From the NCBI RefSeq assembly GCF_000372725.1, contig NW_005202427.1:701090-763047 (forward strand): DNA of 61,958 nucleotides, written 5' to 3'. This DNA is from Emiliania huxleyi CCMP1516. Lineage: Eukaryota. The translations under genes and the position numbers were made by a program. The number at the start of each line of letters is the position of its first letter. Position 1 is the stretch's first letter. Of this stretch, positions 1 through 12,987 are shown piece after piece. The notes below the pieces were generated by a model, which saw nothing but the letters and a program-made list of their open reading frames with translations, was not told the DNA's origin and made no database searches.

Positions 1-197
1 AATCCCGGCGCCCACCCTCCGCGTCGTCCTGCTCATCGTGCGCGTCGAGGGAATTCTCCATCCTCCTTAGTCTCATTACAAGAATTCTCGAACAAAAAGA
101 AACTCCGTTCGCCGCGCTCGTCGCGACTCGCGCTCGTCGCGCTCTGCGTCGCGCTCGTCTGCTACACTTGCCTCCAGACCACTTTACAGCCCCAGCG

Positions 198-1098
198 ATG
201 ATCAACCTCCTCCCGCTCAAGCTGCGCCTCTGGCTCGAGCAGCGATACGTCGAGCGCCTCACGCCGACCGGCCACGGCGAGAGGAAGCTCGGCCAGTTCT
301 CGGGAGCCACGGTCGTCGACCATCAACTGTGGGACCAAGTCCTCAAGGCGCACCTGACCGAAAATGTCACCATTGGCGACGTGGCAGGCATCAGCACTGT
401 CGACTATGCAGCCGTCGCGAGCGACGGCCGCTTCGACCAATACCTCGCTCAGCTCGCCGCGGTCGACCTCGACAAGATTCCGCCGGCCGAGGAGTTGGCG
501 CTGTACATCAACGCGTACAACGCGTTGACGGTCGGGCTGATCGTGGCGCACGAGCGGCGCGGCGGGCCAGCCCTCGCGTCGATCAACGAGATGAGCACGC
601 CAGCTGCCAAGGTCCAAACTCCGCTGACGCGCGCCCGGCCAGCCGAGAGTAAGCAACCCCCGCCCCGTGCCGCAGGTGTGGGACGTGCCTGCGGGGCAAG
701 TCGGCGGCGAGCAGCTCTCCCTCGGTGAGATCGAGCACCACAAGCTCCGCGCCCGCTGGAACGAGCCAGCGCTGCACGCCTGCATCGTCTGCGCCAGCGC
801 CTCGTGCCCCAACCTGCGGCGCGAGGCGTTCTGCGCCGCCCGGCTGCGCGAGCAGATGGACGAGCAGGTTGCCACGTGGTTTGCGAACCCGACCAAAGGG
901 CTCGCTTGGGACGCCGGCCAGCTGACGCTCTCGAGGATCTTGCTCTGGTTCTCAAAGGACTTTGGCGGGCGGCAAGCGGCGGCCGACTTTGCGCTGCGTG
1001 CGCTCGGCACCTCGCACGCAGCCGAGCTGCGCAAGCGGTCGAGCTTCGCGACCCGATACTTTGAATACTCGTGGCGGATAAACAGGACTCCGAATTAG
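198..1098 (+). CDS. DUF547 domain-containing protein (2 exons)
   Basis: Motifs ELALYINAYNALT and EPALHACIVCASASCPNLR...LSRILLWFSKDFG are typical of DUF547. A GT-AG intron at 612-675 joins ORF 168.. and ORF 667.. in frame. Confidence 0.85.
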
Positions 1099-2398
1099 CT
1101 AGTTTCGAATGTTGTTTGTTTTCCCGCCAGCCTGTACCGTACTTTATGTCCCTGCACGCATTCCGTCCTCGCCCTTCGCCACAAGCCGACAACAGAGAAG
1201 AGCGCGGCAAGAACGGGCTGGACCACAACAACTTCCATGACAACTTCACACAATCTTCTCACAGATGCGAGATGGGCATACTGTCCGGACCGGCGCGCGG
1301 CGCTCGGTGTGGAGCAAGCAAGACACACCCACCCCCCATCGGCGCGCGCCCGAGCTTTGAACGGCCGCCAGGAGCACCAAGAGGACTCCTCATGGCTGTG
1401 CCCAAGTGGGCTTCGACCGGCCTCGGCTGGGGGGGCGGGTTGTCCCGGTTGCGGACGCGTTGCAGCCCCCTGGGCGTGGGAGGGTCAGCTAGCAGCTCAG
1501 CACCCCAAAACTGCCCCCTCGGCGGCATACAGCACTGCCAGCCAGCCTCTTCCTCCTCCTCAAGGGCTGTACTATGGCCATATTGCGCCGCCTCCTACTG
1601 GCAGCCGGGCGGGCGCGCGCCGGGCGCGCCTCGGCGCGCGCACGGCTCGCAAAGTTCGAGCGAGTACTGCCGCCTGGCCGCCTCGAGGCGGCCAGGCGGC
1701 AGTACTGAGGCGGCCAGGCGGCAGTACTCGCCTCGCAAGGCGCGCACCGGCTGCTCTGGCTGCTGCGCCGGCGGCCGCTGCGCTGGCCGCTGCTGCGCTG
1801 GCCGGCGAGCGGTACGACCGCCGGGCGGCCGCTGCACCCGCGCCTTCCCTCGCAGGTGCCGTCGCGCCGCGCGCGCCCAACTCTATCCCTGGCACACGGC
1901 ACGCGTCGTCACTCAGCCGCGGAGAACAGGCGGTGCAGCGCGCGAAGCGCGCGCGATCTGTACTTTTAAGGCTGGATCCGGCCATTCCAAGGGTATACCT
2001 TTGAGAATCCCCAGCGTCCCTCCCTCCTAGTCACAATCCGCTCAATATCTCGACTCTCGAACACGAAGTGCTGCGATCGGGGTTGGCCGATTTCTTTTTT
2101 ACTTTCTTTTTTGGGGCCCTGTGGGCACCCTAATCCTTTTCATTATCAGCTACATACACGCGCTCGGCACCGGGCACCGCCTCGGTAAAAATGCGCCTGC
2201 GGGCGGACCCTCACAGATCACAGATCACACACACCAAGCCCGCCACGCGATCTCTACAAGGAAGAACACGATCTCTCATTGGAAAAGGGTGCACCACCAA
2301 CTAAAAAACTCGGTCCCGTCAGCGCTTATAGGAAGCGAACGTGATCATCAGTTGGTGTGCTCGCGCGGTGCTGCTGAAGTATCCTTTTCGCCGCCGCG

Positions 2399-3725
2399 AT
2401 GATTTCGACTGCGAGCAAGAATGAGAGCCGTCCAGGCCAGATCGGGTTCAAGCTGACCCTCCTCGCCGTTATCGGCACGCAGCTCTCATCAGATGCCGCA
2501 GTTGCGCGGCCTCTGATTCTGTCACCGCTTGTTTCGTATAGGCGCGCTTTTCGTTGTCAAGTCGATGGGCGCTGGTGTCAGGCACATGGCTTTGGATTCG
2601 GTGAGAAGCGATGCAGGTAGCATCTCTAGCATCCCCCCCCCCCCCCCTTCACCGCCCATCCGCAATCTGCAGGAGGTGAATGCGAGAGCGGCGCAGGCCG
2701 TCTCCCACGGAAAGATTCGGGACCTCATCAACTACATGTCGCGGGCGGTCGAGTGCGAAGAGGAGGAGGCGCCCAACTACACGCTCGGCTTCGTTCTCAC
2801 CTTCGTGGCCGGATCCGCGACCACGCTCGGCTCCCTGGCTATTTGCTTCGTCAAGGACAGTGAGAATCCCAAGAAGATGACCGCGGCGGCACTGGGCTTT
2901 GCTGCGGGCGTGATGACTTACGTCTCGTTCGTCGACGTCCTCGGCGCCGAGTCGCCCGAGTTCTTTGGCTCGCACTTCGCGCCCGAAGGGTGCGAGCGGC
3001 GCAAGATGCAAGAGGCTTTTGGGCCCGAGCCGGGGAACGCTGGGCCAGTGGTCGAGGAGGGAGAGACCATCTGGGTCCGGGTGTGCGTGGCTGGCTTTTT
3101 CTTCCTGGGCATCATCCTGGCGATGGGACTCGACGTGTGTGTGGACTGCCTCTTCTCTGGCGGCCACGGCCACGGCCACGGCCACGGCGGCCACGACCAC
3201 AGCCACGACGAGGAGGCGAAGGGTGACACTGTGACCCCCGATAAGGAGGAGGAGAACACGTCGCTGCAACGCATCTCGATGGTAACCTTCTTCGCGCTCG
3301 CCATGCACAACTTCCCCGAGGGCATCGCGACCTTCTTCGGCGGCGGCACCGGTTCCTTCACCGTGCCGATCGCCATTGCAATGCACAACATCCCGGAGGG
3401 CATGGCGATCGCCATACCGTGCTACCAGGTCACCGGCTCGTTCTGCACCGCGGTACGCAACACCTTCATTGCCGGACTCGCGCAGCCAATCGGCGCGGCG
3501 TTCGGCTGGTTCCTCATCGTGCAGCTGCAGATCGATGACCTGCCCGCCTTCACCTACGGCGCGGTCTACTCCCTCACCGCGGGCGTCATGGTCTGCGTGT
3601 CGATCATGGAGCTGCTACCGGAGGCCTTCGCCAGCGCTCCCGCCAACTACGTCATTTGGTTCGTCTTTGCGGGGTTCGTGATGATGGAGTTCAGCATCAT
3701 CTGCCTCGACCTTGCCGGCGTTTGA
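2399..3725 (+). CDS. ZIP (ZupT/GufA-type) zinc/iron transporter
   Basis: Contains AMHNFPEG and AIAMHNIPEG signatures, a His-rich loop (GHGHGHGHGGHDHSH) and multiple TM helices. A predicted GC-AG intron at 2475-2541 gives the N-terminal hydrophobic segment FKLTLLAVIGALFVVKS. Confidence 0.92.
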
Positions 3726-3967
3726 GCTGAAGAGAGGCGCTGCAACCCGCACCAAACTCACCGTGCAGCAGCTGCTCGGCATACACACGTTAGTAATGCC
3801 GGGAAGGTGAAGGGGGTTGCGCACGGTCGGGTGGTGGACCTGGACTGGAGCGCACGTCGGAAAGATTTCTTTGAGTCCGGATGTGCGTGAAAAATGATGC
3901 TCGCTTCACCACCTGTTGCCCACGCATTGATAAAGGTAAATATCAGCGATTAAGACAGAGCGATCTT

Positions 3968-4423
3968 CTAGACATCCCCGCAGACACTCTGCCGGCTCTC
4001 TGGAGAGGGGACGACGGGCGTCATTGCGCTGCGCGGCGTATCCGGCATTACGATTAACGCTCGTCGCTCCGGTGCCGCGGCTCTCGCATCAATCGGCGTC
4101 GCCTCTCCTGCGCGCCGTGCTGCAACGTCGGCTGCTGCTCTGAGTCTCGCTTCGGAAAGACAGCGATCGAGCCGCCTCCGCGTCTCAGAGTGAAACTCAA
4201 GGTACCACGGCAATGTCCGGAATGGCTGTGCGTCAAGATCAGAGAGCGTTCTGACGTTTTCCACCGCACAATAGACCGCGAGGGTCCGGAACGCAACCTC
4301 AGCATCAGCAGCCGTGGTGAGGTCTCTGAGCCATTTGAGATCCTCGTCTGCCGTGCAACTCGAGATGATCGAGAGAGCTGTGGCGGTCGAAGCGCTGTAC
4401 ATTTTGCCGTAGAAGCGATTCAC
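3968..4423 (-). CDS. hypothetical protein (weak)
   Basis: 151-aa ORF with non-low-complexity composition and no recognised domain. Confidence 0.25.
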   Translation of the reverse strand: MNRFYGKMYSASTATALSIISSCTADEDLKWLRDLTTAADAEVAFRTLAVYCAVENVRTLSDLDAQPFRTLPWYLEFHSETRRRLDRCLSEARLRAAADVAARRAGEATPIDARAAAPERRALIVMPDTPRSAMTPVVPSPESRQSVCGDV

Positions 4424-4808
4424 GTCGGCGGGCAGGAGTCGCGGTGCTCAGTGCGCACAATGTGGACCGATTGCGGGCCGAGCCTCACAGCGCACAACAA
4501 CTCCCACAAATAATGTATATGTGGATGGCCGGGTCCGCGTTCTGATCGTGCGGAAGGTCGGACATATTTCTTTTGCGCTAGGCCTTTATATGGCAAACGC
4601 CAGGCTACACACACGGGGAGGCACGTAGTAACGCAGGCAGGGGAGTCTAGCGACGGTGGCCTCCTCCCCGACGCCGAGGCGAAGCGTCATTTTTTTTCTG
4701 CGCGCGCTGCCCTCGGATCAGGCGCCAGCCTCTCACGCTAGGGACCCTCACTTCTCAGGCCGGTAAACAACACCCGGTCTTCTCACGGCCTCCCAGGCCT
4801 TAAAGCGC

Positions 4809-6007
4809 ATGGCAGCGGTCGGCTGGCGCAACCTCTCCCTCGCCGACGCCAAGGTCGTCGCTCCCTACGCAGTCGCCTTTGCAGCGATCCCCACCCTCGC
4901 GGCGGCGGGCGGACGGGAGCATTATCCGCCCTGGCCTGTGCTTCCGCTCTCCACGACCACGCTCTTGAGCCACTTCACGTTCGTCCGCGCCAAGCTCCCG
5001 GCGCGCTGGTGGTCGCTCCTCTCCTCCGCCTTCACCCACCTCGACGCCAACCATCGCGACAGGTGTCCACGTGCCACAAAGCCGCTCCGCCTCCGCCCAC
5101 GGTGCAATGAGGGAGGGTAACACCTCATCAAACAGACTAGAATCTCGTACTCACGCGCCTGCCCGTGCGCGGCGTGTGGCTGCCGAGACTTCGCGATTGA
5201 CTGAGCACCAGCACACACCAGCGCCCCAGCGGCCCTCGCTCTTGCCCTCCCGTCACGAGTCGCCTTCCCTCTCGGCGCAGCAACCTGCTCTCGCTCCTCT
5301 TCTCCGCGCTGCCGCTCGCGCGGAGGCTCGGCTCGCGCGGCATGGCCGCCGTCTTCCTCGGCGGCCACATCGCCGCCGCGCTCAACACGCGCGGACGCGT
5401 GCTCCAGCTCGAGAGGTACGCCGAACCCATCCTCCCCTACCCCCACGGTACCCGAACCCACTCTCCCCCTATCGAGAGGTACGTCGACCGGAGCACGGGC
5501 CGGCTCGCGCCGTCGTGGCTCAGCGCCGGCGTGGCGAAGCTCTTCAACACCGCCTCGCCGCAGGCGGCCCTCGGCGGCTCCGCGGGCGCCTTCCCTACCA
5601 CACCTCCAGAGTATCGAACCCAGTGTGGGTTCAGTCCCGTGGGTGGTGCGGTAGGTGTGTTCGCGCTCTTCGGCTTCGACTTGTGCCTCGGCGTGCGGAG
5701 CGGGCTCGACCTGCTGCGGCGCGGCGCGAGCGAGGAGCAGGTGGTTGGCGAGGGGCTCCGGCTGCTGCTCGGGCTGCTGCCCGTCGTCTCGATGGTGCTC
5801 AGCGAGCACCGGAGCCTCGAGGCGGGCGAGAGCCTCTCCGTCGCCCACGCGGCGCACCTGACCGGCTTCGCGTGGGGCGTGGCTTGCTGCGTCGCCAGCG
5901 CCCTCTTCGGCGGCGGCGAGGAGACACGGCAGAGGGGAGTCGGCGCGGCCCCGGCGAGGGGACGATTCGGCACGGGAGTGGCGGGCCGCCGGCTGGGCCG
6001 CGAGTGA
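4809..6007 (+). CDS. rhomboid-family intramembrane serine protease (4 exons)
   Basis: Motifs RWWSLLSSAFTH..H..N, GGSAG (catalytic Ser) and HAAHLTG (catalytic His). Predicted introns at 5063-5280, 5416-5478 and 5586-5654 (GC-AG). Confidence 0.8.
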
Positions 6008-7677
6008 GTCGCGACGTCAGCTGTACGTACGATAGTCGATACGCACACATGTATCATGTTGTGGGTCGCGTGCACGTGTCGGCGGTGTTTTTCGTGATGT
6101 ATGCATTGATCTGATGTGTGTGTGTGCGGCCGACTGCACGCTCAAGGCTACACGCTCGCACACCACTTGCAGAGTGGCTCTCCCGGGTGCTCAGCCCACG
6201 GCGGAGGCACGCCAGGCCCCTGGCAGCCGGCCGTCACTCGCCTAAGCGCCTAAGCGGCCTAAGCGGGGGGTGCTTAGGGTGCTTAGGCGCTTAGGCGGCC
6301 CTTGCGAGCGTGGCGGCGTGGTGGTATCGTAATACAAGTGACTCCGATGACACACATGATGCTCCTGCTAGTGTCATCGCTCAGAGAGCAGCCTCACCGC
6401 GTCGAAAGTCTACCACTGGCCCTGGTCGCACACCGCCGCTGAGCTGTGATGATGCCCACAGCACCAGCAGCAAAGGCGGGCGGGCCGACCCCGCGGCCAT
6501 CGCCGCCGCTGCCGCCTCCTCCGCCGCCGCCGCCGCCCCCTCCGCCGTCGCCGTCACCTTGGGCTGCATCACCCGCGCCGCCGCCGCGCACCGGCTCGTG
6601 CTCATTCAAAGGCGCCTCGAGTTGCAGGCCAGCGGCACTGGCGTTGTCGTGGTCAGGCTGCCCAACGTCGGCGCGGGAGGGAGGGGGCAAAGCCGTTATG
6701 AAGAGCGCGAGAGCGAGCGCCGACGGCCCAGATTATGAGCAGCAGCCCGCCTGGTCATGGGCCACTTGCCTACGTGCGTCCAGCTTCCACTATTGGACGA
6801 ACGTCGAAGTTTGCTCCGCGTGCCGAGCGAAACCTTTTCCTTCGAAGCTCAGCGACGTAGCCGGGCGAGCGGAATAGGGCAGCCCTAGAGAGCACCTTGA
6901 GGCCATTCAATAGAGCCCGTGTTATAGTCGAGAGTCGATCGCCGGCCGGCGCAGTGCTGCTCTGACCGCTCCGCCGGGCCGCCTCCGGGCCGCCGCCGCG
7001 GAGACGTGCACATAGGCAAGTTGGTATTTTCATATATGAACTTCAAAATACCATTGGCTAGTCTAATCCTACTCATCACAACTCGCCAGAAACACCCCCA
7101 CACTATAGGGTCATTGTGTAGCCCTGCTTAGAAGGAAAAGGTTTTCTGCAAGGTCCGTACTCTATGGCTCACCGTGTAGTCGGCCGTGCAAAAGCTAGAA
7201 AGTGTCAGCAGTCTGGCACACACTCGAGTCTCGACGACACACCGCACTCTGGGTGGCCGCTCTGCGCTCTGATTCACTGCTGAAACCTGCTCCCGCGAAA
7301 ACAGTGCACACTCGCACAGGAGAGAGGTGCATCTAGATGCATGCGAGCTTTTTCAGAGAGAGTCTGGTGCGCTTCTCAAAGCGATCTCGCGCGAAAAGGC
7401 GAAATCCCACACTGGTGGATTTTGGGGCGCTGTGGCTGCGGATCCTATACAGTGCCACTCCCACACACACACCGAAATCGGGTGTGACAAACACACACCA
7501 TCACTCACCCACACGCATCACATCTCATGCAGCGCAATCCGTAGCTCGTCAGGCGGCGCGGAGTCCTCGTCCGTCAGGCTCTGAGCGCTGTCGACTAGAT
7601 TGCGCCAACCTCGCCCCCCCCCGCCCCGCCCCCACGCACCACCACGCTGCCGCCTGTCAGCTGCGCTGCGCGGCGAG

Positions 7678-8766
7678 CTACTCCCAGTCGCCCCTGGCGC
7701 GCGAGGCGAGCGGATGCATGAGAAGAGGCGGAGACCGCGGTGTGGAGGAGGAGCGGTGTGGAGGAGGAGCGGTGTGGACGAGGGGAGGAGGGGCGGAGTG
7801 GAGGAGGGGAGGAGTGGAGGAGGGGCGGAGTGGAGGAGGGGCGGCGTGGAGGAGGCGCGGAGTGGAGGAGGGGCGGCGGCATGGCTGCGCACCAGTCCTC
7901 CTCCTCCTCGCCCGGAGGCGGCTGCAGCGTGAGCGAGCAGGCGGAGTGGAGCGGCGGCGGCTCGGCGCACTCCTCGGCGCCGCACGAGACGGTTGACGCC
8001 TCCTCCCACGCGTCCTGCGGGGCAGGTCAGGCGCAAGTCACGGACGTGTCGTCGACATGTCGTGTGCACGCCTCCTCCCACGCGTACTGCGGCGGATGGC
8101 AGAGCCTCGGCAGGGCTCGGCAGAAGCTCGGCAGAGGCTCGATCTCGGCGCATCTCGATCTCAGTCCTCTCTTGCACACCCCTCTCTCGGCGCATCTCGG
8201 ACGGGGGTGTACCTCGGATGGGGGGTCGATGAGCGACGCGGACGAGGCGAGCGAGAAGTCGTCCTACAGCAAAGCTCCGAGAGAAGGCTCGTGGACGGTT
8301 CCGGGAGGGGTGCGGGGCGAGCGAGAGGTCGTTCCGAGACGGTCGACGCGGCGGAGGAATGCGCCTAGTCAATCATGTACTGTTTTCATTCCTCATAATT
8401 CATTCATTCGCGGCGGAGGAGCGCGCCTGCGCCTATGTAAGAGTGACCCTGCTCGTCCTTTGCCCTTTGACATTCCAATATGTTGCGCGGCCGACGAGTC
8501 GAGGGCAAGGGGGCCGTGCGCCTTCTTCCCGCCCGGCCTTGTGCTGGGGCTCCTCGCCTACCAACTCCACCCCGACCCTGCTCACTCCTCGCCCCGCAGC
8601 AGAGGGGCCTCGCGCCGCTCCAGCGCTGCGCGCGCCGCCGCCCGCTCGCCGCCCGCCCGCTCGCCCTGCGGCGGCACCCCTCCTCCCTTCGCGCCCTCCT
8701 CGCCGGCCTGCCTGGCCGCTGCAGCCGCCGCGCCGACAGCCGCCCCTCCTAAGGCTCCTCCTCCTC

Positions 8767-8805
<39 letters not shown>

Positions 8806-10326
8806 CCGCCGCCGCCGCGCCGCCCGTAGCAGGTGGGGCGGCCTCATAGCCCTGCGCCGCCGGCTCGGCTCGGCCGAGAGAGCGGCGCGGCAGTGGGCGG
8901 GCAGGCTGGCCGTGCGGCTCGGTGGAGGCTGCTGCTCGGCTGCTGACCGCCGCCGTCGCAGCTATCGGGTCGAGCCCTGTCCGCTCGCTCCTCGCCACGG
9001 GCGCGGGCGCGGGCGGGAGAGGGAGAGGGAGAGGGACGGGCGACGGAGAAGGTTTGGCGGGCGGAGCCTTCTTCGGCAGCGGTGCGGGCAGCTTGGCGGG
9101 CTGCTTTGTGCGCGGTGCGGGCTCGTCGGACCTTGGAGACAGAGGGGCAGCTGTGAAGAGGCGCAGAGGCAGAACCGAAGAGGCGCAGAGGCAGGTGCGA
9201 AGAGGCGCAGCGGCAGGTGCGAAGAGGCGCAGCGGCAGGTGTGAAGGGCTAAGGGTCGTGACGTGCAGGCGATGTGGTCGTCCCACGAGAGTGTGGGTTG
9301 CATCCTACGTGCACCACACCACGAGGCGAACGGGTCGTCCTCGCCCCAAGAGGAGAGCTGCGGTGCGGGCTGCGCCTGCGGACATGTCCCGGACGTGTCA
9401 TGGACGTGTCCTGGACAGGAGAGCTGCGGTGCGGGCTGCGCCTGCGGACATGTCCCGGACGTGTCCTGGACGTGTCCTGGACAGGAGAGCTGCGGTGCGG
9501 GCTGAGCCTTTGACGGCGGGCGAAGCAGCGCCTGCCGCTTCTTCTCCTGCCGACGCGGGGCAGGCGCGCGTCTGGGGCGCCGCGGGGAGAGGAGGGGAGG
9601 AGCGTTGCAGGAGCGATGCAGGGGAGGAGCGTTGCAGGGGAGGAGAGCGGGAGGGCGGAGGGAAGGGACGAGCGGCGGCGCCCCCGGCCCTCGCAGGCGC
9701 AGTAGCACCTGGCGCTGCAGCAGCTCCACCTCGTAAAAGTACCGCTCCCAAAACACACGGTAGGAGAGGACCGCCGGGACCAGGGCCTGGTGCGTCGCCC
9801 GCAGCGGCGGCTGCTCGCGCAGCAGCGCCTCTATCCTCTCCGTGTGCGCGAGCAGCTCGAAGCCGTCGCAAAAGGCGGCAAAGCCGGCCGCGTCGGCGAC
9901 CGGGCGGGTCCAGTTGGCGTGGTTGGTGGCGATCGCGCGCTCGCGCTCGCGGTGGCGCGCGCGGGCAGCCTCGGAGTTGTCCGCTCTCCCACCCTCCGCG
10001 CCGCCGCCCGCGCCGCCGCCCGCCACCCGCGCGGCAGTCTGCTCGAGCAACGCGCCGACCGCCACGTCGGCCTGCGTGATGGCGCCCTCGAGGTCCTTGA
10101 AGACGACGGCGCCCAGCTCGAGCAGCCGCGCCGGCTCGAGGTGCTGCCCCAGACCCGACGCCTTGGAGGCGAGCGCCTGCCGCGCCTTTGCGAGGTCGGC
10201 CGCCTCGGCTGCGCCGCGCACCTTCTCGACCTCCTGCTTGGCGGCCTCACGCACAACCTCCGTGTCCTCGCGCAGCTGGCTCGTGAACTCCTTGAAGCCC
10301 TCGGAGAGCTCTCCCCAGAGGCCCAT
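7678..10326 (-). CDS. BSD domain-containing protein (multi-exon)
   Basis: LRATHQALVPAVLSYRVFWERYFYEV is a BSD (FW..YF) signature. Downstream exons splice to an acidic EEEEDWGDWE* end. Internal exon boundaries are approximate. Confidence 0.75.
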
Positions 10327-10999
10327 CAACAAGCCGAAGAGCGGGCCCTTGGACGGGAACAAAGAATTTTACAAACAAACTCGGTCGCACGACACTGGGC
10401 ACAGCGAGAAGCGGCGAGAGACTGCGAAGAGAGCTAGGAAGAGGCAGACTCCCTAGGGTGGGCGACGGCTAGCGCATCACACACCTCTCCTTAAAATCCC
10501 TGTGTGTGGTGGCGGTGTGCCGTGGTCCTCCCATCCCTCCCTTGGTTGTATGTTTTCTTTCTTTCTTTACACTGGGCACGGGACTGGCGTGCGCTGGCGC
10601 TAACAAGGCGCAGACGACGGCTTTCCTTATTAGCACAGTGCGAACAAAGAATTTTACGAGCGACTGCGCACGGGACTGGCGCTGCCGTTCTCCCATCGTC
10701 GGGAACCGTCAGGATCATGAGCGAGAGAATCGGGTAGACTCCGATGGCGATCCGCGGGTCGAACCAGGCGGGGAACGTGTAGCCGAAGAGCGTGTACCCC
10801 TCGGCCGGCTTGATGAAGATGACCATGATGGTGAGGTAGAGCGCCGAGAAGAGCAGCATCGCCTGCACAAACAGCTGCCCGCCGTGCACCGCAGCGTGGC
10901 GCTGGTCGTGCCCGCCGCCGTGCCCGCCGCCGTGCCCGCCGCCACCATGCCCGCCGCCGCCACCATGCCCGCCGTCGCCGCCGTGCCCGCCGCCGCCGC

Positions 11000-11446
11000 A
11001 CCGCCACCGGAGGCAACCCCGGCTCCGTTGGAGACAAGTTCGCCTTCGGCAACACCGAAGAGCGCGCCCGACTTGCAAACATGGGCTGCAAGCAACGCGG
11101 GTTCTGTGGTCAACGGGCGTTCGACCACACCACCGGCCAAGGCTACGTCAAGTCACAGCGTGGCCACTACCATGATGGGATCTTCACCAAACGAAACAAG
11201 TTCAACCTGCTTCTCCACGAGACATTCGGCGGCGGCTTCTCGCCGCCTGCAGTTGCAAAGATCAACCGCCTTGCGCGCAAGGCTCAACGCTCGGGCGTTG
11301 ACCGCACCGCGTACCCTCCCCACTCCCGCCTCTCATTTGTGCCACACCACGCGGAACGCATCTCCATCGCTTCGGTGAAGGGGGTGAACCGCGCCATCCT
11401 CGATCGCCGTGCAAAGCTCGCTTCCGAGCTCTCACGCCGCGCGTAG
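11000..11446 (+). mobile_element. 3' fragment of RLE-type non-LTR retrotransposon
   Basis: GGNPGSVGDKFAFGNTEE...GCKQRG...FDHTTGQGYV...LLLHETFGG...DRTAY...SFVPHHAERIS aligns by eye with the fragments at 52507-53090 and 51260-51720. Confidence 0.7.
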
Positions 11447-12705
11447 GGCCCTTAGGGGCCTAGAGAACACAACCCCCTCTCCCTTTTCTCCCAGTAAGCT
11501 AAAAGTACGTACTTCTGACGTATTCGCCACCCCCCTTGTATTCCGTACGTATTCTCGGAGCGGAAGCTTCGTTCGTGCAGGACTGGCGAAGGGGGCGACT
11601 CGAGTCGACTCTCAACATAAATAACGCTCTCTAAGATGAGACAGACAGGCCAGAGCGTGCGAGGTGGGTCACTTGGGCTACGGCCCTCGCTCCTATGTAA
11701 ATAGGTGTGGCGTGGTGCTGGGCACGATAAATGGCGACGCGAGGCGGCGGCGCGGCGCGGCGGCGGGCGACGCAGTGGGCGGGGAGGTGCACGGGGGAGG
11801 TGTCTCCCTGTCCCCACCGGACGTGTGCGAGGCTGTCCCGGCGTGCCATCCTCCTGCGACCAACACCCCGACCGGCGGCCCCGTCGGTTGCGGCGCCGAT
11901 CGGATCACCGACGCTCAAGGCGCCCGAGTCGAACGACAGGCGGCACGCGAAGACTGGTTCCAATCCCGCGGACCGACAGGCCGCGGGATGATGTGTGCGT
12001 GGTCATGTAGTGGGTTCTCGGAAGCTCCCACCGCCGTGTTTGGCTTTGGCCTTAAAGCCGTACCGCTATACAGGTAAGGTAAGGTAAGGTAGGGTAAACG
12101 TCTTCACACACACAAAGTGGTGGGGCAAGGGGGGGCGACCCTCGCATCTCCACGCCCGGACACGGGCAGGAGCCCCACGGCATTCAAAGTGCAAGCACCG
12201 GCCCGGTGCTGTGGGTGAGCAATCTGCACCCCACTCCCTCTCTCCCAGACACAGGACCCACACACAACCCCCAGCGTGTGGACGACTGCGTGTTCAGAAA
12301 CACCAAGCAGCGAGGCGAGGGTGAAGGGGTAAGGGGCTGCGTGTGGGGCAGAATCTACATCTGACTACTCCATCTAGCCTGGGGGGTCGGAGGAGGGGGG
12401 GGCAGAGTGTGGGTAAGATATGGGTGAGGCCAGCTAGTCGGACACCCTCCTGTCGTCGGAATACTCCTCGGAGCGGTCGGCGTCCTCGTCGTCGTCCTCG
12501 GTCCTCGCCCGACGGCGACGCGGGAGGACGAGGTCGGGCGAGAGGTCTGCTATACATACCTCAGTCGCAGTACCACCAACTGAGATATAGTGTGTGTATG
12601 TATTGAAGTGTGGTTTAGTATCGCTTCGAGACATGAGACGCGAATATCCACCTCTCTCTCTCTCTCTAGCCTCCCAACCCCAATCATCAAAACGGCCCTC
12701 ACGCG

Positions 12706-12956
12706 TCACTTCTTTGCGGCCGCCGCCTTTGCACTCTTCTTCTTCGCTGCCGCCTCGGCTGCTTTTTGCTTCTTCAGCTCCTGCAGCCGCTTCTCGCGCG
12801 GGTCCTCCACCTCGATCTCGCCAGCCTCGATCGCCCGCATCCGCGCCTCCTGCTTCTCCTTGCGCGCCGCGATCGCCGCAAAGAGCGCCGACTGCGGGTC
12901 CGAGCCGCCGCCGCCTCCCCCCCCTCCCCCACCGCTGGGTGCCGGCGCGCCCCCTC

Positions 12957-12987
<31 letters not shown>

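Noticed and set aside
1071..2030. Overlapping ORFs between DUF547 and ZIP
   Set aside because: Low-complexity Arg/Ala/Gly translations with no motifs.
6310..6877. Pro-rich or Ala-rich ORFs
   Set aside because: Driven by (GCC)n tracts, with no domain or splice support.
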